64,000 bases of DNA from Bdellovibrionota bacterium (GTDB lineage Bacteria > Bdellovibrionota_G > JALEGL01 > JAGRMV01). Under the pieces are notes generated by a model. That model was not told the origin of the DNA, made no database searches, and saw only the letters and a list, made by a program, of their open reading frames with translations. The DNA is taken from assembly GCA_041391405.1 (NCBI GenBank), contig JAWKOB010000003.1, positions 39,650 through 103,649 on the forward strand. The letters run 5' to 3'. Shown one piece after another: positions 49,459 through 59,851 of the stretch (position 1 is the stretch's first letter; the number at the start of each line of letters is the position of its first letter). A program made the position numbers and the translations under genes.

Positions 49459-50153
49459 TCAGTTTGATTGAAAGCTCGGTCCATCCAGGTTTGGTTGAAA
49501 ATTCGCTGTCCCGGTGGTGTCTTCCTCAAAACCATCTGCATTCAAATCTCGCTCGAGCCATTCCAAATGGTTTTTTTCGGGCGTTGAAAATTCAAAGGAT
49601 TTGTTTTTTCTGCGACGAAGATACATCGGATAAATCAGCACATTCGACAGCAGAAAACATCCAACCTTTGTAAAACACGTCGTAATACCACCGCTTTTGG
49701 GGAACGGCAAAGATATAACTGGCACCAAATAGCCCAGTGAAAATTGGCCAATTTTGACTTTTTGGCCACTCATTGTTCGATAGATGGGGTTTTCCTGGAT
49801 TCTCAGATATGAATTTGAAAACTGTTGGGAATTGCGAATGATCTCGCCAAGTACCTCGCTGGTCGTATGCTGACGGTAAAATTCTGCGAGTTTGGCAGCA
49901 CTATCGAAAACATTTTCACATTCAAGAAACCCAGCTGCCTGCTTTCCAACTGATTTTCCCAAGCGAAAAAGCAATGCGTGAATTGCTTTTTGAGCATATT
50001 TTGCACTTCATCGAGTGAAAGTTCGATCTTTGGTAACGGTGGTCTCGATATATCCAACCAGTTTTTCGGAAAGTTCATGGAATTGCTTTTCGTGGTGCTG
50101 AATCCATCGCTGGACGAACCAAAAATGTCAGAAGAATCAGCGCCAACAGACAT
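49459..50153 (-). pseudogene. hypothetical protein, fragmented (49803..50153 + 49459..49974)
   Basis: Two overlapping ORFs in different frames read through sensibly (..LDEVQNMLKKQFTH / LFRLGKSVGKQAAGFLE..). I recognise no domain. Confidence 0.3.
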
Positions 50154-50211
50154 GCTGCTTCAATGGCGTGGCTTTTGCGAAATACTCCATTGAACATGCC
50201 TACGATCTTTC

Positions 50212-50566
50212 TCATGAATTCTTCAACTTCTCCAATTCCTTCTCAATGACGGTCTGCACTTCGGGTTCTATCTCAGGAATCGTATACCCACACCGTAAAG
50301 TTGAGTGCTTGGATCCTTTGGATTGCCTGTCATCACGCGGACGACACGACCTTTGACGTGCAATTCTTCCGTTGAATTGGGCAAAAAAAGAACCAAATCG
50401 ATCTCGGCATTGGGAGTCCAATTGGCGGTTTGTTTTGGAGAAAAATACCCCCGGCCGAGATATTTCTGGGTGTATTCCATTTCAAGATCTTTAAGCGTAG
50501 ACCACTTTGATCTGGCTTCCACACGATGATATTTACGCTTCTCTTTACCGGTTAATTTTCTTCATT
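50212..50566 (-). pseudogene. small PilZ-domain protein, ~3-4 frame breaks
   Basis: Stitched frames give RKYHR (RxxxR), NISAGGIFL (NxSxxG) and LHVKGRVVRVM...YGVGIRFL. Confidence 0.55.
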
Positions 50567-50628
50567 ACTGCATGCCTAGAATTAATTGAAGGACGACCTT
50601 TTGTTAGTCATTTTAACATGTTGCTAAA

Positions 50629-51829
50629 ATGATACTTTATAACTTTTATAGCGTTTCTCTGGATGCAATGACAAATATTTTATGGATCATCATTTTCGCG
50701 CTTATTCCGGGTGCAAGCTCACGCCAAATGACGCTGGAAACGCTTTCAGATGCACTCTTGCAGGAATTTTATTCCAAAAAACAAAAGCCCAAAGACGTAT
50801 TTACTTTCGAAAAGAAAGATACGGATGACCTTTCACGTGGAAAGCATGACGTTTTACATGGGGGATCAAGTCTACAAACTCGCCAAGTGTTTGGTGATGG
50901 AACCTGACATTGAGCATAGGACAAAAAGGGGAGATATGGCGCTGCAGGAATTACTCAACCACAGCGGATCAGACCACACCCACTCAAATCATTCGCTTGA
51001 TCCAGGGATTTCAAAAAAGAATCCTGAGGCGACCGGCTATCGTGATCAAAATGAATCAGAGGACAAGGAAGGCCAAACTGTCAAAACTCAAAGCACTGCC
51101 GATGCTCTCAAATGGGGGGGATTGATCAATCGCGTAATGGCGGGTGACACGATGAGCGTCTCGACCGGCGGTGACAGTGGTTTTCACAATCCATCTCTGC
51201 TGCCAAAATGATGAATCAATGCCAAGGCGGAGGCAAAGGACCTGCCGGTGCCGCTCAAGCTGCCATGAAAAACATTGCCGAAGCGCTGGTTATGGCCAAC
51301 TTCTCTAAACTAAAAACCAACAATGAGGCCAAAACGGACCGATCGCGCGAATTTAATAAGCGTGGAAGCTACTCCTTTTTCGATGAAGTCGATCAATTTA
51401 CCAGCGCATCTCCGGAACGCGCTTTTCAACTTCTGCAAAAAACCCGAACCTCAGAGTACGAAATTTTCCAGACTTCGCTTCAAAAATCCAACGTGGAAAG
51501 CAAGGATCCTTATTACTTGGCTGCAAACCGTAATTTCATGTTTTTGGTCCGTACTGTCGGCAAAGACAAAACATTAAAAACTACGGATTACAAGAAAAAA
51601 TCGCGATCAACATCGAACGACGAGAGAATATCGCAAAATTCTTCCGGCTTCATCCATTGTGTACGATCGCAACAAAGATAAATTTTACATCGATCCGACG
51701 CTGAACCAGGCCTGCGGAAAAGCGCGCCATCTGCTTTCGTTGGTTTCTCTGTATGAATGGAAAAATCAAGACAAGGCGGAGTTTCAGCAAAATTGGACGC
51801 TTTGGAGAAAGCCCGGCAAAAGATCGTGA
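50629..51829 (+). pseudogene. hypothetical (signal-peptide-bearing) protein, fragmented over at least 4 frames
   Basis: ORFs 50629..50907, 50750..51211 and 51208..51681, plus a tail to 51829, chain end-to-end. The N-terminus MTNILWIIIFALIPGASS is signal-like. No known domain. Confidence 0.3.
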
Positions 51830-51895
51830 TAAAAACAAAAGATATTTTCAAAATCCTACCGTGATTTTTGAAAACACGTCCCATCCGAGGTTTCA

Positions 51896-52461
51896 ATGAA
51901 ACACATTCTTTTGATTTTATTGCTTGTTCAAACTGCTTGGGCCCAAGAACCAGATATTGAAAAAAGCATCGTTGAAAAAATCAAAAAACTGATCCTGTGT
52001 GTTCGTCTTGCCGCATGATCGTCCGAAGTAAGGGTTCAGATTGATCAAAAATCATCAGCTATATGGTAGTTGGTTTGACATCCTTCCTCCGCCAGCCTGG
52101 AATTTTGCTGTGAAAGGGAAAGATATTTATCCACTGGATCGACGAAAAATCGACGACTGGAACTTTGTCATGTCGAACGAAAAGATCATGCTGGATCAAG
52201 ACGCCAAGATCATCGGCTATGCGAAATTTTTTCTCAGCACCATAATGAACCAATCGGAATTCATCGACAAACTCATGGAAAGCGAAGTAAAGAGAATCGA
52301 AGCCAGAACTCAAAATCGACCGCGAAACCAAGATTCTTCGTTCAGCTGACAAAATTCAGGTGATGTTCTATGCCAACGACACCCAAGGCGATCTTCAGCA
52401 ATGGAATTTGGTGTTGAAAGAAACTGGTGAAATCATCAAGGTTCAACAAAGAAGCTTTTAA
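51896..52461 (+). pseudogene. secreted hypothetical protein, fragmented
   Basis: Signal peptide MKHILLILLLVQTAWA/QE at 51896. The body continues in ORF 52041..52349 and a third frame to 52461. Confidence 0.35.
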
Positions 52462-52486
52462 AAATCGTCAAAGCTTCTGGACAAGA

Positions 52487-52860
52487 CTACAAAACAGCCA
52501 AACGTTTAATAGCGTTGAGCAACGTTTCGCGATCCACTTCATTCAAACTTTCAAAACGTACACCCATTCCTGGATTGTAGTTCTTTCTTTGTTCCTTGCG
52601 GTATGGGTTGACCCACATAACTTCGCTCTAACCTTTAGTTTTTCCTTGGATTCTGGAAGCGTGAATTGAAGTTCAACGACTGTGCCTGGATCGAGAGGTT
52701 TGTTTGTGTGTACAAAAACACCATGCTCGCTGATATTTGTGGCGTTTTCGAAAAGAAAGTGTCCTTCAGATTTGTAGTCCACTTGCAATTTCACTGGAAC
52801 ACGTTTTGAACTTCTTCTTTGCTGTTCGGCTTTGCTACTCATACTAACACCCGCTATCAT
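52487..52860 (-). pseudogene. PilZ-domain protein (myxobacterial TIGR02266-like type), one frame break (~52620)
   Basis: QRRSSKRVPV (RxxxR) and NISEHGVFV (NxSxxG). In the shifted frame the C-terminus reads VMWVNPYRKEQRKNYNPGMGVRFESLNEVDRETLLNAIKRL. Confidence 0.7.
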
Positions 52861-52899
52861 CCCTTATTTGAATCTACAAGAAAATACCCACTTCTAGAA

Positions 52900-53496
52900 T
52901 CATTGTAATCCCTTTTCAATCATCAAAATGCGATTGCTGATATTTTGTCGATAAAACATTCGAAGCCAATTCATTTTGTCAATCGAGCTCATTTTGGTGT
53001 GAATCATCGCCTGAGCGAATTTTTTTCCCAACCGATTCGCAGTGAAATAACGTTCCTGCTCGTCTTGACCTAGATTTTTACGCATATGGAAATGCTTGAA
53101 CAATTTGCCGAAAATATCCTTTCCAGACCCGAAAAAATCACTGGCCAACATGAATTTGTCGACTTCTGCCTGCAATTCAAGATCCAACAAGTTAATGATC
53201 TTTCCGTTGGCTTTGGACCAGACCAAATAAACAAAATGGCTGATTTCTTCGGTCATCACGCAAAAATCCTGGAAGCTAAACACCTTGTTTTTGCGTTTGA
53301 CCTGCTTGAATAGGTCTGATCCGAGATAGATACCCAAACTCACATCTTCTCCCTCATCCCGATAAATCACTTGAGGCTTGTCTGGGCTTCGGCTCATTTT
53401 TTTGAATTGTTTTGGACTGAGGACATACTGCTGAGCTTCCGGACAAGAACTCAACCGATAGATTTTTTCGATTTTTTTCTGAAGAATATGAATCAC
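52900..53496 (-). CDS. hypothetical protein (operon with sigma-54 activator)
   Basis: The 228-aa ORF overlaps the upstream gene by 91 nt. A GTG at 53496 shares one base with the upstream TAG (TAGTG), giving 199 aa. No known domain. Confidence 0.5.
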   Translation of the reverse strand: MIHILQKKIEKIYRLSSCPEAQQYVLSPKQFKKMSRSPDKPQVIYRDEGEDVSLGIYLGSDLFKQVKRKNKVFSFQDFCVMTEEISHFVYLVWSKANGKIINLLDLELQAEVDKFMLASDFFGSGKDIFGKLFKHFHMRKNLGQDEQERYFTANRLGKKFAQAMIHTKMSSIDKMNWLRMFYRQNISNRILMIEKGLQ

Positions 53497-54113
53497 TAGT
53501 GGACCCCCTCCTCTTTCAGATCCATCGGATGAATTCCCATTTTTTGAAGCCGTTCCAACAAGCTCTGATTTTTGGTCAGTAACCATCGTTCATAAATTTT
53601 AAGAACGTCTTGATTGCTGGATGTATGTGATCTTTCTGAAATTTCAGAAATGATATCCATCACCGAAGCAAATTTACCCGAGAGTTCATCGAAGGTTTGT
53701 CCGAAAAAATCTTTTTCTGCGGTTTTTCTGGAAAGATCTGACAGGCACCCATACGCATTGGATCCCATCGCGACGTAATAGTCCAAATCAATGCTTTTGT
53801 TTTTTAAGCTCTCTCCGAAAAATCCGGAAATGAACAAGGACTGATCGCCCAAATGTTTGAGCAAAGCATACCTTTGATGTTGACTGCTGGCTTCCAGTGC
53901 CTTGCCAAATAAAATGGCCAGTGGGGAATCGAAATAGTTCGGATCGGCATTTTCCTGGGATGAATTGACGGCTTTTGTGAGCAGATTGACGACGTAGAAC
54001 TCCGTCATTTCCTGGATCGACATTTTTCGATCGTCCAGGATATTGCGAACAATGTTGCGAAAAAACTCCGCAACTGAAGAATTGGTTTCAATCTTCACGC
54101 GCACCTCCTCCAC
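53496..54113 (-). CDS. hypothetical protein (operon with sigma-54 activator)
   Basis: 205 aa, helical, intact ORF 23 nt downstream of the activator gene. No known domain. Confidence 0.55.
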   Translation of the reverse strand: MEEVRVKIETNSSVAEFFRNIVRNILDDRKMSIQEMTEFYVVNLLTKAVNSSQENADPNYFDSPLAILFGKALEASSQHQRYALLKHLGDQSLFISGFFGESLKNKSIDLDYYVAMGSNAYGCLSDLSRKTAEKDFFGQTFDELSGKFASVMDIISEISERSHTSSNQDVLKIYERWLLTKNQSLLERLQKMGIHPMDLKEEGVH

Positions 54114-54136
54114 ACGCTTTCAAAACATCAAAAAAC

Positions 54137-55999
54137 CTAAGAATCTTTTTTGATCTTATATTTTTTGATTTTTGAAACTAGCGTTCGTCGAGGGACGTTG
54201 AGCATCTCGGATGCCTTGGTCTGATTCCACTGGGCTTTTTTCAGAGCGTTGATGATGATTTCACGCTCGTAGGATGAAACAATATCCTTCATATCACCAA
54301 CAACGGTTGCATCGCCATCGCCTCCCATATCATCAATGGATTGGGTATGAGGACGATCGGAAGGATATTCCGATGTAAGTCTGCTCGTCAGAGCTTCTTT
54401 GAAGATCGTTTCACCTTCGGAAATCACAACAGAACGTTCGATTGTGTTTCGAAGTTCGCGAATGTTTCCCGGCCAACTGTATTTCATCAATACATCCATG
54501 GCTTCAGGTGAAAGTTCTTTGTTGGGCAATCCGTTTTCTTCGCAGCATTGTTTCACGAATGTCTGCGAAAGATACGGAATTTCCTCTTTGCGCTCGCGCA
54601 ACGGAGGAATGGTGACGGTTGCTGCGTTCAAACGGTAGAATAAATCTTCGCGGAAGAGACCTTTTTCAACTTGCTCTTCCAATTTTCGATTGGTCGCGGC
54701 GACCACACGAACGTCCGTATCGATTTCTTTGTTCGACCCCACACGCATGATTTTTTTTGCTTGAAGCACCCGAAGAAGTTTAGCCTGGGTTTTTTGCGGC
54801 ATTTCACCGATTTCATCCAGAAATATCGTCCCGCCGTTTGCAGTTTCAAAGAGTCCGATTTTGGTCTGATCTGCTCCCGTGAACGAACCTTTTTCGTGTC
54901 CGAAAAGTTCGCTTTCAAGAAGAGTTTCCGTAAGTGCGGCGCAGTTCAAACATACCAGCGGTTTGGAAGCGCGGTCACTTCGGCTGTGAATCGATTCGGC
55001 AACAACTTCTTTACCCACACCCGTTTCACCTTGAATCAAAACCGTGATCGTGGATTTTGCGATGCGTTCGACAAGATCGAAAAGTTCCTTCATTTTCTCG
55101 CTGCGGATGATGACTTCTTTTTTGTCACCGATCATCAAACGATTGGCATCCTCGACGATCTGAGCTACTCGATCTGATTTTTTATCGCGAGCAAGTCGAA
55201 GCGCATGACGGGATTTTTCGATCAAAATATCCGCGGTTTTTCCATCTTCTGGAAACGAAGCCACACCCACTGAAACCGGGCATTCTTTATCGAATTTGAT
55301 TTCTTGGGTGATTCTTTCGGCCAAGGCAACGGCTTGTTCCTTGTTGGTTTCTGGAAGAAGCAGTTCGAGTTCATACTTACCGTAGTGAGCCAGCAAATCC
55401 ATGCCTCTTGTGATTTTCTGGAAATATGCAACCACCGTCGGATAGCGCTGGGAAAGATCATCCATCTTTTCCTTGAGCTCCGCTCCCAAGTTTCGGACCG
55501 ATCATCAAAATGGATACATTTCTTTTGTATCGCGCACCTCGATCAAGCTCTTCGGCCAACCGCGTTTCAAAAAATCCGTGGTTGTTCAATCCAAGTTTGT
55601 TTCATCAATTGGATTGTGAATGGAAAATCGAAATACAGTGTCTCCGATCTGAATTTCATCGCCGTCGGAGATCAACTGCTCTTTTTCTTTTTCGAGGCGC
55701 TTGCCATTGACGAAAGTTCCGTTGGTGCTGTCCAAATCCTGAACTTTGGTTTCACCAAGGTTGCTTGAAAATTGTGCATGCTTGCGGGAAACCTGAGTGT
55801 CCGGAAGGCACATCTCCACTTGCGGAATTCGGCCAGCCACCATCACACCCTGGGTAAGAGTGAAAACAGTTCCTGCTTGAGGACCGGACATTGCAACAAG
55901 ATATGATTTTTCAACTGGAGCGTTATGAGATTTGGTCTTCAGGGTCTTTTCTTCGACCTGAGGTAATGTCTTTTCATATTCCATGCCTAATTCCATCAT
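54137..55999 (-). pseudogene. sigma-54-dependent activator with FHA + degenerate GGDEF + AAA+ + Fis-HTH; two frame breaks (~55590, ~55485)
   Basis: FHA in 55586..55999 (GRIPQVEMCLPDTQVSRKHAQF..STNGTFVNG). GGDEF-like with GKYEL in place of GGDEF but RGMD at the I-site position. AAA+ GETGVGKE, ESELFGHEKGSFTGA. C-terminal HTH (ASEMLNVPRRTLVSKIKKY). Confidence 0.8.
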
Positions 56000-56177
56000 A
56001 CTTAAGTGGGCGATTTTTCGCCAATTTATTTTGTTTTTTCGATTTTATAGGCCTTTATAACGCTTTATACGCTATAATGAGCCTAAACTACTGATTTTAC
56101 TGACATTGAATTTGAGTATTTTCAAGGCAATATTTTTATCCATCTCGCTGGCTCAGCTGAAAAAATCATGTTAATAG

Positions 56178-57005
56178 ATGGGCCCCATGACCGATCCAAA
56201 ACTCATTGAAAAAGTAGGCATCCAAGCAACTGAAAGGGCTGCCTCCATTTTATTGAGACATCACAAAAATCGAGCTTTTACAGTCCAATACAAAGGCGAT
56301 GTAAATTTGGTCACCGACGCTGATCTTGAAGCTGAAAAAGCCGTTATCGAAACCATTCGAGAAGCATTTCCTTCCCACGTGATTCTTTCGGAAGAAAACA
56401 AAAACAGTCATAACGAATCTCTGGATGGTCCTGTTTGGATCATCGATCCGTTGGATGGAACCACCAATTTTTCGCACGGCGTCCCACATTTTGCTGTTTC
56501 CATCGGCTTTCGAGAAAATTCTCAAAACCAATTTGGCATCGTTTATCAACCGGTCACCCATGAAATGTTCATAGCTCATCGCGGACAGGGTTCCTTTTTA
56601 AACGGTGAGAAAATCAATGTTTCAAAAACCAAAGAGATCAACCGATCGTTGATCGTTACAGGATTTGCCTATGATCGCAGAGATTCAGTTCAAAACAACT
56701 TGAGCGAATTCTGCCTCATCGAAATGAGTTGCCAGGATGTTCGTCGCTTTGGTGCAGCTACGCTTGATCTTTGCTATGTGGCCTGTGGAAGATTCGATGG
56801 ATATTGGGAACACAAACTTTCTGCATGGGATATCGCTGCGGGAATGCTGATCGTTGAAGAGGCTGGCGGGACCGTCACTGATTTTGCTGGGAAAAGAATT
56901 GAAGATCTTTGGTGTGGCGAGCTCACCGCATCCAACGGGATCATTCACAGCTCGATGAACGCGCTCATCCAAAAAGCACAAAAAACTCCACTGTCTGTGA
57001 AATAG
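56178..57005 (+). CDS. suhB: inositol monophosphatase family protein (SuhB-like)
   Basis: 275 aa. Motifs SEE, WIIDPLDGTTNF and WDIAAG. Confidence 0.85.
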   Translation: MGPMTDPKLIEKVGIQATERAASILLRHHKNRAFTVQYKGDVNLVTDADLEAEKAVIETIREAFPSHVILSEENKNSHNESLDGPVWIIDPLDGTTNFSHGVPHFAVSIGFRENSQNQFGIVYQPVTHEMFIAHRGQGSFLNGEKINVSKTKEINRSLIVTGFAYDRRDSVQNNLSEFCLIEMSCQDVRRFGAATLDLCYVACGRFDGYWEHKLSAWDIAAGMLIVEEAGGTVTDFAGKRIEDLWCGELTASNGIIHSSMNALIQKAQKTPLSVK

Positions 57006-58247
57006 TTAGTTCGATACGGTGACGCGAAAACAATTCTTTTTGAGCGTTTCGACCGTCTCGTTATAATGTTGCTCGCCGCGGGTTTCCAGAAGCAAGTTGG
57101 TTCCGGTGTTGTAATATGGAATCGATGTCGATGCCCGATCGTGCTCAATTTGCAGAATGTTCACATTCAAATTTTTCAATAATCCCGTCAACATGTTGAG
57201 CGAGCCGGGACGATCGGAAATCACGACATTTACCTTGAGCAGACGTTTTTGCTTCAAAAAACCGTGCTCGACGATTCTATTCAAAAGATTCATGTCGATA
57301 TTTCCGCCACAAATCGTGGTTGCCACATTTTTGCATCCCTTGATGTTCGCCTTGCCCGACATGATGGCGGCCAGCCCTGCGGCACCTGCTCCTTCAGCCA
57401 GAATTTTTTTGTGCTGCAATAGATAAAGAATCGCATCTGCGATCTCTTCTTCGGAAACGTTGATCATTTCATCCACGTATTTTTTGAGATGACCGATTGT
57501 ATGTTCTCCAATTCCCTTCACAGCGATACCGTCGGCAATGGTTGGGCCTGAATCGACGATTTTATCGGCATTCTTACCGTAAAATGCATTTGTAACTTGC
57601 GGATATTTTTCGGTCTGTACGCCGATGATTTTGCACGAAGGACGAATGGATTTGATGGCCGTGGCCATGCCGGATGCCATTCCACCGCCGCCCACAGGAA
57701 TCACCACACAATCAATTTCCGGAACATCGTCCAAAATTTCCAAGCCCGCAGTACCTTGTCCAGCGATGATGTCCAAATCGTCAAACGCATGAATGAACGC
57801 CAGATTTTTTTCCTTGGAAATTTGCTTGGCTACAATGATCCCTTGATCGACGGTTTCGCCTTGAAGCTCGATATTGGCTCCCCATTTTTGTGTTGCGTTG
57901 GCTTTGACGGTAGGGGTATGCGTCGGCATGATCATGGAAACGGAAAATCCCAGCTTAGCCCCATGGTAGGCAACGGCTTGCGCGTGATTCCCGGCCGATG
58001 CCCCGATGACTCCGGTGTATTTACCCTCTTCTTTGATTTTTTTGAGCTTATTGACCGCACCGCGCTCTTTGAATGATCCGGTGGTTTGCAAATTGTCCAA
58101 TTTCAAAAAAACGTTCGCCTGAGTGATCAATTGATCACGTACAAGTGGGGTTCGGATAATGGAATTTGAAATTCTTTGGCGCGCTTCTTCGATGTCTTTT
58201 AATTCAATCACGTGGTGCTCTTTCCAGTCGGTATTTTCATACCACAT
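57006..58247 (-). CDS. ilvA: threonine ammonia-lyase (short IlvA/TdcB type with one ACT-like domain)
   Basis: 413 aa. PLP-lysine motif TGSFKERGA, GGGGM loop, C-terminal regulatory ACT-like domain. Confidence 0.85.
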   Translation of the reverse strand: MWYENTDWKEHHVIELKDIEEARQRISNSIIRTPLVRDQLITQANVFLKLDNLQTTGSFKERGAVNKLKKIKEEGKYTGVIGASAGNHAQAVAYHGAKLGFSVSMIMPTHTPTVKANATQKWGANIELQGETVDQGIIVAKQISKEKNLAFIHAFDDLDIIAGQGTAGLEILDDVPEIDCVVIPVGGGGMASGMATAIKSIRPSCKIIGVQTEKYPQVTNAFYGKNADKIVDSGPTIADGIAVKGIGEHTIGHLKKYVDEMINVSEEEIADAILYLLQHKKILAEGAGAAGLAAIMSGKANIKGCKNVATTICGGNIDMNLLNRIVEHGFLKQKRLLKVNVVISDRPGSLNMLTGLLKNLNVNILQIEHDRASTSIPYYNTGTNLLLETRGEQHYNETVETLKKNCFRVTVSN

Positions 58248-58300
58248 TACGTCAGAATGTACTTATTTACTATATTCGTGAGCATTGTTAGTATGGAACC

Positions 58301-59851
58301 ATGAACAAAGTGCTCGGTATCGACCTTGGAACCTCGAACTCCTGCGTCTCCATCGTCGTGAAAAAAAAGGCCATCGTTATCCCTGACAAAGCAGGCACAT
58401 TGATTCATCCATCCATCGTTCATTTTCGCCAAGATGGTTCGGTAACGGTTGGAAAAGAGGCCAAGAAATGGACCGTGCAAGATTCCGCCCACACTGTATA
58501 TTCCTCCAAACGTTTGATCGGCCGTAAGTACTTTTCTCAGGAAGTGAAAAAAGCAAAAGTGCTCATGCCTTACCAAATCGTCGAAGGCCCGAATCAATCG
58601 GTAGAAATCTCCATCGACAACAAACAATATTCGCTTCAGGAAATCTCCGCGATGATCTTAAGAAAAATGAAGTCAATCGCTGAAAATTATCTTGGTGAAG
58701 AAATCACCAAGGCTGTGGTGACCGTTCCCGCCTACTTCAACGACAATCAGCGGGCCGCGACCATCGATGCCGGACAAATTGCCGGGCTCGATGTCTTGCG
58801 CATCATCAATGAACCCACAGCTGCTGCACTCAGTTACGGTTACGGTAAAACCGGTCAACAAAAAGTCGTCGTATATGATCTTGGGGGCGGAACGTTCGAC
58901 GTGTCCGTTCTGGAACTCGGCAACGGTGTTTTCGAAGTGATCTCCACGGCCGGTGACACCTTTTTAGGTGGCGACGATTTCGATGATCGAATCATTGATT
59001 GGGTCACATCCGAATTCCGCAAAAAATACGATTATGACCTTTTTGAAGACAAAAAAACACTGCAAAGCCTTCGTGAAAAGGCCGAAGTTGCACGCATCAA
59101 TTTGAACACAAAGGATAACTCTACGATTGTTCTCGATCCGATCAGTGCCGGCGACAAAACTGTCGATTTCTCAATCGATCTGACCCGCAAAATTTTTTAT
59201 GAGCTTGTGGGCGATCTGATGCAAAGAACGTTGCAAGTATGTGATGAAGCGATTCAAAAAGCACGTCTTTCTCTCAAAGATATCGAAGGTGTGATTTTGG
59301 TGGGCGGACCGACACGAATGCCGATCGTGAAGGAGTTTGTGAAAACTTACTTTCAAAAGGAACCTAAATCCGACATCGATCCAGATCAAGTTGTCGCGAT
59401 GGGCGCTGCCATTCAAGGAAGCGCGCTGATCGGTGAAACCAGCGATGTTGTTCTGGTGGACCTAACCCCACTATCTTTGGGCATCGAAATCAGCGGTGGA
59501 CTCGTTCAACGCATCATCGATATCAATACCCCGCTTCCGGTGGATCATACAAAAACATTCACGACCGTGGTGGATGATCAACAATCTGTGAAAATCAGGG
59601 TATTCCAGGGTGAAGCTCAAAAAGCCTCAGAAAACGAACTCCTCGGTGAATTCACATTGGATGGTTTGCCGCGCGGTGCTGCAGGATCTGTTTCAGTTGA
59701 AGTAACATTTGAGATTGATACCAACGGAGTTCTGAACGTCACGGCCAAAAATCCTGAAACTGGCAAACAACAGACTGTTCGTCTTGTGGCTGCCGGTCGA
59801 TTGGAAAAAGATCGAATCAAACAACTCTCTTCGCCTGAAGCCAATATATAA
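58301..59851 (+). CDS. Hsp70-family protein lacking the C-terminal helical lid (HscC-like paralogue)
   Basis: 516 aa. [24 protein letters not shown] and the SBD-beta up to [17 protein letters not shown], then only ~30 aa. The canonical dnaK is elsewhere (19.9 kb). Confidence 0.85.
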   Translation: MNKVLGIDLGTSNSCVSIVVKKKAIVIPDKAGTLIHPSIVHFRQDGSVTVGKEAKKWTVQDSAHTVYSSKRLIGRKYFSQEVKKAKVLMPYQIVEGPNQSVEISIDNKQYSLQEISAMILRKMKSIAENYLGEEITKAVVTVPAYFNDNQRAATIDAGQIAGLDVLRIINEPTAAALSYGYGKTGQQKVVVYDLGGGTFDVSVLELGNGVFEVISTAGDTFLGGDDFDDRIIDWVTSEFRKKYDYDLFEDKKTLQSLREKAEVARINLNTKDNSTIVLDPISAGDKTVDFSIDLTRKIFYELVGDLMQRTLQVCDEAIQKARLSLKDIEGVILVGGPTRMPIVKEFVKTYFQKEPKSDIDPDQVVAMGAAIQGSALIGETSDVVLVDLTPLSLGIEISGGLVQRIIDINTPLPVDHTKTFTTVVDDQQSVKIRVFQGEAQKASENELLGEFTLDGLPRGAAGSVSVEVTFEIDTNGVLNVTAKNPETGKQQTVRLVAAGRLEKDRIKQLSSPEANI

